NCBI GenBank assembly: GCA_964658025.1
Contig: CAZZXB010000075.1
Span: 1 to 10,103 of the forward strand
DNA from: an uncultured Janthinobacterium sp.
Lineage (GTDB): Bacteria > Vulcanimicrobiota > Vulcanimicrobiia > Vulcanimicrobiales > Vulcanimicrobiaceae
DNA: 10,103 nt
Direction of reading: 5' to 3'
Below, in pieces: positions 1 to 7,408 of the stretch (its first letter is position 1; each line of letters opens with the position of its first letter). Below the pieces are notes generated by a model. It was not told the origin of the DNA. It worked only from the letters and a program-made list of their open reading frames with translations, and did not search any database. Both the position numbers and the translations under genes were made by a program.

Positions 1-635
1 GACGCTCCGAGAAAACGCCCCTCGGATACGAGCGGCCGCGGCGTCGCGAACGCGGCCGACGCCGCACGTCGCGACGCCTCGTCGACGACGAGCGTCGGAC
101 GGCGCATGAGTTCGAGCCCCGCGCGGCTCGCGCCGAGCCGTCCGGTCACGGCGAGCACGTCGCCGCCACGCCCGCCGCTCCGCACGCGCAAGCGCGCGCG
201 AGAGACCTCGCCGACGACCGTGAGCGCGAGCGTGAGGACGGGCGCGCGCACGATATCGCCGCCGACGATCCGCGTGCCGAACCGCGCGCCGAGTTCGGCC
301 ATCGCGCGGTACGCGTCGAGTAGCCACGTTTCGGCGAGGCCGGACGGCACGCCGAGGGCGACCGTCGCGAGCACGGGTCGCGCGCCCATCGCGGCGATAT
401 CGGAGAGGTTCGACGCCATCGCGCGATGGCCGATCGCGCGCGCGCCCATCGTCTCGACGACGAAGTGGACGCCGTCGACGAGCGCGTCCGTCGTCACGAC
501 CGAGAGATGCGAGCGCGACGGTTGCCAGACGGCGGCGTCGTCGCCGATCGCGAGTACGACCGGACGCGATGCGGGACCCGGATACGGCGCCTCGCAGATC
601 GTGCGAAGCGCCGCGACGAGCGAATCTTCGGTCAG
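1..635 (-). CDS. thiL: Thiamine-monophosphate kinase, 3' end beyond the window; probable CTG start at 635
   Basis: Not in the ORF track; translated by hand as LTEDSLVAALRTICE...IGDDAAVW...TTDALVDGVHF...GHRAMASNLSDIAAMGARP...IVGGD...RSGGRGGDVLAVTGRLGASRAGL...PRPLVSEGRFLGA. GDDAA, TTD.LVDGVHF, NLSDIAAMGA.P and GGD are ThiL (PurM-like superfamily) signatures. The frame is open to the window edge. Confidence 0.95.
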   Translation of the reverse strand, partial: MTEDSLVAALRTICEAPYPGPASRPVVLAIGDDAAVWQPSRSHLSVVTTDALVDGVHFVVETMGARAIGHRAMASNLSDIAAMGARPVLATVALGVPSGLAETWLLDAYRAMAELGARFGTRIVGGDIVRAPVLTLALTVVGEVSRARLRVRSGGRGGDVLAVTGRLGASRAGLELMRRPTLVVDEASRRAASAAFATPRPLVSEGRFLGA

Positions 636-1309
636 GCGGAGGCGCCGACCGGAACGGGCGGCGTCGCGATCTCGCGCAGCGCGCGCAGTTCGCTCGCGGG
701 ATCGGCCGCGCCGTAGATGCTCGATCCCATGACGACGACGTCGACGCCCGCCGCGACGACCTCCTTGATGTTCTTGCGCCCGATCCCGCCGTCGATCTCG
801 AGTTCGACCGACGGATTGCGGCGGTCGATGAGCGCCCGCGCGTCGCGCACTTTTTTGAGCGAATTCGGGATGTACGCCTGACCGCCGAAGCCCGGATTCA
901 CCGACATGATGAGGATGAGATCGAGATCCTCGATCACGTCTTCGAGCACGGCGACGGGCGTCGAGGGATTGAGCGAGACGCCGGCCTTCGCGCCGAGCGA
1001 GCGGATGAGCGAGAGCGTCCGCTGGATGTGGTTGCCCGCTTCCCAATGGACCGTGATGATGTCGCACCCGGCCTTACGGAAATCTTCGACGTACCGTTCG
1101 GGGTCGACGATCATGAGATGCGTGTCGAACGTGAGCGGCGAGAGCTTGCGGATATCCGAGATGATCTTCGGACCCCAGGTGATGTTCGGGACGAACTGCC
1201 CGTCCATGATGTCGAGATGCAAGTAATCGGCGCCCGCATCCGCGACGAGCGCGATCTGCTCCGCGATCTTACTGAAATCCGCTGAAAGTAACGACGGCGA
1301 GATCTTCAT
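632..1309 (-). CDS. rpe: Ribulose-phosphate 3-epimerase
   Basis: 225 aa with ISPSLLSADF, HLDIMDGQFVPNITWG, DTHLM, MSVNPGFGGQ and EIDGGI motifs. ATGA overlap with the upstream stop; AAGGGA 8 nt before the ATG. Confidence 0.98.
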   Translation of the reverse strand: MKISPSLLSADFSKIAEQIALVADAGADYLHLDIMDGQFVPNITWGPKIISDIRKLSPLTFDTHLMIVDPERYVEDFRKAGCDIITVHWEAGNHIQRTLSLIRSLGAKAGVSLNPSTPVAVLEDVIEDLDLILIMSVNPGFGGQAYIPNSLKKVRDARALIDRRNPSVELEIDGGIGRKNIKEVVAAGVDVVVMGSSIYGAADPASELRALREIATPPVPVGASA

Positions 1310-2424
1310 TTCGGGAATCCCTTCGGTAAGAGGTTCGCGGGCGGCTTCGCTTTGGCGGGCTTCGGCCCCAGTTGTTGTTTCTCTTGGCGCGGCGGCTCCA
1401 CCCCGAGCTTCGTCGAGTCGACGAGCTCGTTATTGACGAAGACGTCGAGTTCGGACGTTCCGACGACGTTGAGGTTGAAATCGAGGCGCTGCTTCGGCGA
1501 GGCGTAGGCGCTATAGACGTTCCACGTTCCCGTCTCGTCGCGGATCTGCACGCGGACCGTCGGCGGCTGACCGTTATCGCCCGCCGCATCCTCGGGGACG
1601 ACGACGGTCGCGTGAACCTGATGGATGAGGTATCCCGCTTCCCGGGGACCGGCGCTCACCTGTAACGAGACGGGTTGGAGCGGATCGATGACGGCGTTCG
1701 GTCCCGGATTCTGGCGGACGATCGTGCCGCGCGGCGGTCCGAAGCGACCGAACGGCGTCCAGACGATCTGACCGAAGTGGACGTGCGCGTCCGAGGCATT
1801 CTGCCGCGCATCGTCGATTTGTTCGTCGATGAAGTTCGGCACGCGGATGGAGTTCGGACCGCCGCGACTCAGCTCGACGTTGACGACCGATCCCGCGCGG
1901 ACCGACGTCAGCGGGAGCGGATCTTGCGAGACGACGGCATCGGCCGGAACGTCGTCGCTCGCCACGACCTTCACCTTGCCGAGTTGGAGTTTGTAGCGCG
2001 AGAGATCGAGACCGAGTTCGCGCCGCGTCTCGTAGCGGACGTCGGGCATCGCGAAGATCTGCACGCCGTTCGAGACGACGAGCGAGATCTGACGCCCCTG
2101 ACGTACTTGCGTCCCCGCCGCCGGATCCTGACGCATCACGACGTCCTTGGGATACTTGTCGCTCGGCGTACGCTGGACGACGACCGCGCGCATGCGCGTC
2201 CGCGTCGCCGTGTCCATCGCATCGGAGAGCGTCTGACCGACGAAGCTCGGCGTCGCGACGCTCTGCGTCGGCGGCGTGATGAAATCTCCGATCGCGCGCG
2301 CGAACCAGACGCCGACGCCGACGAAGAGCGCGAGCGCGAACGCGAAATACCAGTCCTGACGGAACACGGATCTCCGTCGCGGTCGCTCCGGCGGCGCGAC
2401 GGTCGCCCGCACGTCGCCCGTCAC
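1306..2424 (-). CDS. Membrane-anchored PASTA-domain protein (short cytoplasmic tail, 1 TM, 3 PASTA, C-terminal beta-rich Ig-like domain), no kinase domain
   Basis: Start reassigned to GTG 2424 (GTGA overlap with the yebC stop), giving 372 aa; the track's extension to 2787 is an Arg-rich off-frame reading of yebC. TM segment WYFAFALALFVGVGVWFA. Three repeats of the form (V/M)P.(F/V)...V..Q.P......V.L.VS.G: TPSFVG...RQDPAAG...LVVSNG, MPDVRY...SQDPLP...VELSRG, VPNFID...RQNPGP...LQVSAG. Confidence 0.88.
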   Translation of the reverse strand: MTGDVRATVAPPERPRRRSVFRQDWYFAFALALFVGVGVWFARAIGDFITPPTQSVATPSFVGQTLSDAMDTATRTRMRAVVVQRTPSDKYPKDVVMRQDPAAGTQVRQGRQISLVVSNGVQIFAMPDVRYETRRELGLDLSRYKLQLGKVKVVASDDVPADAVVSQDPLPLTSVRAGSVVNVELSRGGPNSIRVPNFIDEQIDDARQNASDAHVHFGQIVWTPFGRFGPPRGTIVRQNPGPNAVIDPLQPVSLQVSAGPREAGYLIHQVHATVVVPEDAAGDNGQPPTVRVQIRDETGTWNVYSAYASPKQRLDFNLNVVGTSELDVFVNNELVDSTKLGVEPPRQEKQQLGPKPAKAKPPANLLPKGFPK

Positions 2425-3179
2425 GCGAGCGCTTCGAGCGCGGCGATGTCGAGTTCGGCGTTGGAGTAGACGCGCTGCACGTCTTCGTGTTCCTCGAGCG
2501 CGTCGAGCAGCGCGACGACGTCGCGGAGCGCGTCGCCCGTCGGCGCGACCATCTGCTTCGGCTCGACCCCGAGCGTCATCGACGTCACGCGTAGGCCGCC
2601 GGCTACGAGCGCCTCGCGTACGGCCGCGAGCGACGCCGGCTCCGTGACGACGATCGAGCGACCCTCCTCGGAACCGTCGTCGAAGCGCACGTCGATGACG
2701 CCGTCGACGAGTGCGGCTTCGGTCAGCGCGTCCTCGTCGAGCGCGCCGTGTTCGACTTCGACGAGCCCGCGCGCGTCGAACATCCATCCGAGCGAACCCG
2801 TCTCGCCGAGCGCGCCGTTGTTGCGGCTGAAGACGAAGCGCATCTCCGATGCGGTACGATTCCGGTTATCGGTCGCCGCGTCGACGACGATCGCGACGCC
2901 CGCGGGGCCGTGACCCTCGTAGCGGATCTCCTCGATCTCGCGCGCGCCGTCGCCGCCGGACGCGCGCGCGATCGCGCGTTTGATGTTGTCCTGCGGTACG
3001 TTGTTCTCGCGCGCTTTCTCGACCGCCATCTTGAGCCGATAGTTCGCCTCGGGATCCGGCGAGCCGCCCTTGGCCGCGAGGATGATCTCTTTCGAGAGCT
3101 TCGTGAAGAGCGCGCCGCGCTGCGCGTCGACCTTGCCCTTCTTGAGTTTGATGTTATGCCACTTCGAATGTCCCGACAC
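2421..3179 (-). CDS. yebC: YebC/PmpR (TACO1) family protein
   Basis: 252 aa, GTG start. MSGHSKWHNIK, FTKLSKEI, YEGHGPAG, TDNRNRT and LEEHEDVQRVYSN are family signatures. Confidence 0.97.
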   Translation of the reverse strand: MSGHSKWHNIKLKKGKVDAQRGALFTKLSKEIILAAKGGSPDPEANYRLKMAVEKARENNVPQDNIKRAIARASGGDGAREIEEIRYEGHGPAGVAIVVDAATDNRNRTASEMRFVFSRNNGALGETGSLGWMFDARGLVEVEHGALDEDALTEAALVDGVIDVRFDDGSEEGRSIVVTEPASLAAVREALVAGGLRVTSMTLGVEPKQMVAPTGDALRDVVALLDALEEHEDVQRVYSNAELDIAALEALA

Positions 3180-3185
3180 GATCGG

Positions 3186-6100
3186 TTATTGCCCCGGATG
3201 CGGGTTGATCCAGTTGTTGTTTTCGAGCCACGTCAGCATCCGCGCGTTCCAGGCGTCGTACGTGACGTGCGTCCCCGCGACGACCGGATACCAGAAGACG
3301 AACGCCGCGAAGGCGAGCGCGAGGTACGACGATACGGCGTACCTCGGCCACGTCCACCGCCGCACGTTCGCGCCGCCGAGATCCCACACTTTTTTGAGCA
3401 ACATCGTATCGGCGAGCAGTACGATCGCGAGGTTCGGGAAGAAATGGTATTCGAACGTGATGCGCGGCGAGAGAATCCACGGCATCCATTGGATGAAGTA
3501 CGCGACGAATAACAGCGCGTAGCCCTTGTGCTTCTCGCGCCACGCGAACCAACCCATGAGCGGGACGGAGACGAGCCCGAGCCACCAGGTGATCGGATTC
3601 GGAAGCGCCATGACTTCCGCGACGCAGCACGCCGCGCCGTTCGACGCCGCGGCGCCCGTCCGAAAATCGTGATAGTAATACGAGATCGGGATCTGCAGGA
3701 TCGGCCACTGCCACCACTTCGAAGAATACGGATGCGTCGCTTTCGCGACCGTATCGTGGTGGTAGACGTACATCTGCTGCTGGAGCCCGACGAGATCGGC
3801 GAGATCGTGACCGAGTCCGAAAAACGGCAGGTAGCAGAGCGCGTAGATCGTGCCGCCGACGAAGAGCATCGTCGTGACGACGATGTCGAACGAGAAGCCG
3901 AGCGGATTTCCCCACGTCGCCGGACGCGATTTCACCGCGATCCCGAGCGTGCGCAGGATCGGCGCGTAGACGGCCTGCCCCGCGACCGCGAGCGCGAAAA
4001 ACCACACGACGAAAAAATCGAAGAGACCGTTCCATTTCGACGCCCCGAGACACCCGGCCGCGAGCGCGAGGAGTCCGAGCCAGACGAGGCCGTCGCGTCG
4101 GCCGTCGATCGTCGCCGCGCCCGCGCGCATGAGCCCCGTCGGCTCGTAGGTCGCCGTGCCGTCGGGCGTGACGTACGCGACGGCACCGTCGGCGCCGTAG
4201 CGGATCTCGAGTTCGCCGTCGCGATGTGCGGGCGCGGCGGCGCTCGCGCCGATCGTCACGCGCCCGTCGTCCGAGGTGTGGAGCACCTTCGCCGACACGT
4301 ACGAGCCCTCGGCGTACGAGACGATCGCGCGGGTCTTCACGAAACGCGGGAGCGCGAGCCGGACGAGCGCGTACGCGCCGCATCCGAGATAGAGAAAGAG
4401 CACGGCGTGCGCCGCGAACGACTGTCCGCGCACGAGCGTCGCCGTCAGGCCCGCGTCCAGCGCGAGCAACGCGACGATCGCGATCGCCTCCGCGCGGACG
4501 AGCCGCACGTCGACGTCGGGCGCGACCCGGATCTGACTCGCGATCCAATACCGGTAGAACGCGTAGAGCACGAGGAGCGTGAAGAAGCCGACCGTGATCT
4601 CCGGCGTCGCGATCCGCGCTTGCGCGAAACGGAATCCGTCGAAGACGAGCATCCCGCTCGCGACGGCGGCCCACGGCGTCGAGCCGAAGAGCCGCTTCGC
4701 GAAGCAATACATCACGAGCACCATGAGCGCGCCGACGACGAGATCGAGAAAGCGCCAGCCCGCCGCCGTATCGCCGCCGCCGTGCATCCCGCCGAAGAGC
4801 ATCATCGAGGCGGTCACGACGAGTTTCGTGAGCGGCGGATGCGTGAACTCGAAGATCTCCTTGTGTTGGAGATACTCCTCGCCCGCGCGCGCGTAGTAGA
4901 TCTCGTCGAAGATCTTCTCCGAGGGCCACACGTAGCCGACGAACGTCAGCACGAACGCGCCGACGGTCATCGCGCCCGCCACCGCCCAGTCGACGGGCGT
5001 CATCCACGCGACGCCCTCGAGCGGCGCGAACCAGGACCGCACGCGCTCGCGCGCCGACGTCGCGGCGCGGGCGATCGAGAAACGATCGAACGCGTCGAGC
5101 TTCGTCGCGCCGAGAAACGCGTAGCCGAGATAGAAGAACGTGCCGACGTTGAGGAGCGAACACGTCCGGCTCAGGAACGGCATGAGGTTCGCCGCGTCGA
5201 CGTTCGGCGTCTTCGCGTCCATCACGTAGAGATAGTCGAGCGAGTACGCGAGGTTCGCGAAGAGCGTGACCGTGAGGATCCCCACGGCGAAGAGATAGCG
5301 GCGTCGATACCAGACGAGCGGCACCGCGAGGAGCAAACCGTTGAAGATGTAGCGTTCGTGCATCCGCGTCGAGAGCACGAAGTAGCCGAGCGAGACGATC
5401 GCGGCCGCTTCGAGCACGGCGACCGCGTCGCGGCGCTGGACGAGCCGCGAGACGACGAGCAAGATCGCCGCCACGAGCAGACCGACGCCCCATTCGTATT
5501 GCGGCAAGCCGACGACGTGGCCGCCGATCGTCCAGTTCGGCACGATCGTCGAATCGGGTTGCCAGAACGAATGCCCGGCCATCACGTAGAGGTTGAACGC
5601 GTTGACCGAATTGTACGGGTAGACGTTGGAGGCGTAGTGATACCGCTCGTAGAGCCACGCGAACTGCGCGATCGGATTCCAGCCGGCGTGGAACGCGAGC
5701 GCCGCGACGTACGCGAGCGCGAACGCACCCGCCACGCCCGCGACGGTCGCGAGCGCGCGCGTGATGCGCACGGACGCCTCGCTCGACGCGTAGACGAACG
5801 CGATGTAGATCGGCGCGAGGACGATCGAGGGCGGCTTGATCAAGATCGAGTACGCGAGCACGAGCCACGCCGCGACGAGCGCGAGTCCGGCCGCCCGCCC
5901 GGTGCGCCGTTCCGATTCGAGCACGAGCGCGAGCGAGACGAGCGTGAACCCCGCCGCGACCGAATCGACCTGACCCCAATACGCGCTGATGAAGATCAGC
6001 GCGGGATTGAACGCGAGTAACGCCGCCGCCGCGAACGCCCACGCGCTCGATGCGAAACGTCGGACGATGACGAAGACGAGCCCGGCGTCGACGATGTCCA

Positions 6101-6446
6101 TCACGATCGCCGGCAGCTTCACGAAGATCTTCAGCAGCGAGTACGACGGATCGACGTGGACGATCGCGCGATAGACGTGACCGATCGCCCAGAGCACGAA
6201 AAAATAGCCGGGCGGATAATCGGCGAAGCCCGTCGTCGTGTAGAAATCCCGTATCGGATGGTCGGCGAGGGTGAGCGACCAGCTCTCGAACGTCCCGACG
6301 TCGCCCTTGAAGCCGTCGGCGCCGATGAAGAGCAAGCGCACGAGCAGCGCGACCGCGAACATCCCGCCGAGTAAGAGCGGCGTCGCGAGCCGTTCGCCGC
6401 GTTCGCGCGTGGCGGCCGCGCTCTGCCCGATCTCGCTACGCAACAC
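3186..6446 (-). CDS. Polytopic membrane protein with two GT-C modules: N-terminal ALG6/ALG8-like glycosyltransferase and C-terminal protein O-mannosyltransferase (PMT, GT39)
   Basis: One uninterrupted frame. N-half (~6350-5120): GDVGTF, ADYPPGY, KLPAIVMD, NPALIFISAYWGQVDS, IKP, NAFNLY, TRMHERY. C-half (~4950-3190): IFDEIYY, THPPLTK, GWR, DGFRFAQARIA, ASKWNG, HPYSSKWWQWP, PNPITWW, PW..SPRITFEYHF. The start is uncertain: GTG 6455, GTG 6446, TTG 6443 or ATG 6362. Confidence 0.88.
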   Translation of the reverse strand: MLRSEIGQSAAATRERGERLATPLLLGGMFAVALLVRLLFIGADGFKGDVGTFESWSLTLADHPIRDFYTTTGFADYPPGYFFVLWAIGHVYRAIVHVDPSYSLLKIFVKLPAIVMDIVDAGLVFVIVRRFASSAWAFAAAALLAFNPALIFISAYWGQVDSVAAGFTLVSLALVLESERRTGRAAGLALVAAWLVLAYSILIKPPSIVLAPIYIAFVYASSEASVRITRALATVAGVAGAFALAYVAALAFHAGWNPIAQFAWLYERYHYASNVYPYNSVNAFNLYVMAGHSFWQPDSTIVPNWTIGGHVVGLPQYEWGVGLLVAAILLVVSRLVQRRDAVAVLEAAAIVSLGYFVLSTRMHERYIFNGLLLAVPLVWYRRRYLFAVGILTVTLFANLAYSLDYLYVMDAKTPNVDAANLMPFLSRTCSLLNVGTFFYLGYAFLGATKLDAFDRFSIARAATSARERVRSWFAPLEGVAWMTPVDWAVAGAMTVGAFVLTFVGYVWPSEKIFDEIYYARAGEEYLQHKEIFEFTHPPLTKLVVTASMMLFGGMHGGGDTAAGWRFLDLVVGALMVLVMYCFAKRLFGSTPWAAVASGMLVFDGFRFAQARIATPEITVGFFTLLVLYAFYRYWIASQIRVAPDVDVRLVRAEAIAIVALLALDAGLTATLVRGQSFAAHAVLFLYLGCGAYALVRLALPRFVKTRAIVSYAEGSYVSAKVLHTSDDGRVTIGASAAAPAHRDGELEIRYGADGAVAYVTPDGTATYEPTGLMRAGAATIDGRRDGLVWLGLLALAAGCLGASKWNGLFDFFVVWFFALAVAGQAVYAPILRTLGIAVKSRPATWGNPLGFSFDIVVTTMLFVGGTIYALCYLPFFGLGHDLADLVGLQQQMYVYHHDTVAKATHPYSSKWWQWPILQIPISYYYHDFRTGAAASNGAACCVAEVMALPNPITWWLGLVSVPLMGWFAWREKHKGYALLFVAYFIQWMPWILSPRITFEYHFFPNLAIVLLADTMLLKKVWDLGGANVRRWTWPRYAVSSYLALAFAAFVFWYPVVAGTHVTYDAWNARMLTWLENNNWINPHPGQ

Positions 6447-7344
6447 GGCGCGCACCGGCGGCGAGGAACTCGCGGATCGTCCGCGCCTCGTCGAGTCGCG
6501 CCTCGCTCGCGATCGCATCCGCGTCGTCGAGGGCGCGGTCGTGCGCGTCGTCGGCCGCGTCGCGCGCGCCGAGCCGTTCGAGCGCGGCGATCACGTCGCC
6601 GACGTCGGTCTTCTGCACGCCCGCGGCGTACGCGCGCGCGACGATGTCGCGATCGTCCGACGGTTCCGTTCCGAGCGCCCAGACGATCGGGAACGACCAC
6701 TTCCGCCGCAGGATATCCGAACCGCTCGGCTTGCCCGTGACGTCGGTCGCGCCCCACGTGCCGAGCACGTCGTCGCGAATTTGGAAGGCGAGACCGTAGG
6801 CCCGTCCGAGCGCGGCGTACGCGGCCGCGCGCGCGACGTCGGCGCCGCCCGCGAGCGCGCCGAGCTGACACGACGCCGCGAAGAGCGCGCCCGTCTTGCC
6901 GGCGATCATTTCGAGGTATTGCGCCATCGTCACCGAGGTGCTCGTCTCGAAACCGATGTCGAGCCCCTGACCCTCGCACATGCGTAAATTCGCTTCGTGC
7001 AGGACGTGGAGCATCTCGACGACGCGCCCCGGCGGCACGACCGCTTCTTCGTGCAGGAGCGTGAGATAGCTGATCGCGCAGAGCGCGTCGCCCGCGTTGA
7101 TCCCGTGCGGGACGCCGAACTTTTTCCAGATCGTCGTGCGACCGTGACGGAGTTCGTCGCCGTCCTCGATGTCGTCGTGGACGAGCGAATAATTGTGGAG
7201 GATCTCGATCGCGACGGCGGCGTCGAGCGCGCACGAGACGTCGCCGCCCTCGGCGAGGGCGGTGCGTAAGAGGATCTGCGGGCGAAGTCGTTTCCCGGCC
7301 TTGGCTCGAATCGGTTCGTCGTAACCGAAGTGGTAGCGGATCAT
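6436..7344 (-). CDS. Short-chain trans-isoprenyl diphosphate synthase (type I GGPPS/IdsA-like; FPP/GGPP); true N-terminus may extend to ~7422
   Basis: GKRLRP; first Asp-rich motif in HNYSLVHDDIEDGDELRHGR; INAGD; CEGQGLD; GKTGALF; second motif FQIRDDVLG; GKPSGSDI. Tyr at -5 before DDxxD with no 2-aa insertion is the established type I short-chain signature. Confidence 0.92.
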   Translation of the reverse strand: MIRYHFGYDEPIRAKAGKRLRPQILLRTALAEGGDVSCALDAAVAIEILHNYSLVHDDIEDGDELRHGRTTIWKKFGVPHGINAGDALCAISYLTLLHEEAVVPPGRVVEMLHVLHEANLRMCEGQGLDIGFETSTSVTMAQYLEMIAGKTGALFAASCQLGALAGGADVARAAAYAALGRAYGLAFQIRDDVLGTWGATDVTGKPSGSDILRRKWSFPIVWALGTEPSDDRDIVARAYAAGVQKTDVGDVIAALERLGARDAADDAHDRALDDADAIASEARLDEARTIREFLAAGARRVA

Positions 7345-7408
7345 CTCGTAGATCGGAGACGGACCGCGATGACGCTCGAGCGTTCGCGCGAGATGCGCTT
7401 CGATCTGG

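Noticed and set aside
415..430. Perfect 16-bp palindrome GCCATCGCGCGATGGC; also CGCGCGATCGCGCG near 2965-2978 and a few GCGATCGC (HIP1-like) octamers
   Set aside because: All lie inside conserved coding sequence, are few, and are expected in CpG-rich DNA. No enrichment can be shown by eye.
106..2469. Plus-strand ORFs 106-732, 569-1285, 1675-2469 and similar ones across the window, including 7413-8399 and 9093-9761
   Set aside because: They are antisense to well-supported genes and have no recognisable domains.
2425..2787. N-terminal extension of the PASTA ORF as a possible kinase remnant
   Set aside because: It is Arg-rich off-frame yebC sequence with no Hanks kinase motifs.
3154..6042. 962-aa minus-strand ORF and 830-aa plus-strand ORF (3528-6020) overlapping the GT-C gene
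   Set aside because: Both are Arg-rich with no motifs. They are off-frame or antisense shadows expected from stop-poor, GC-biased codon usage.
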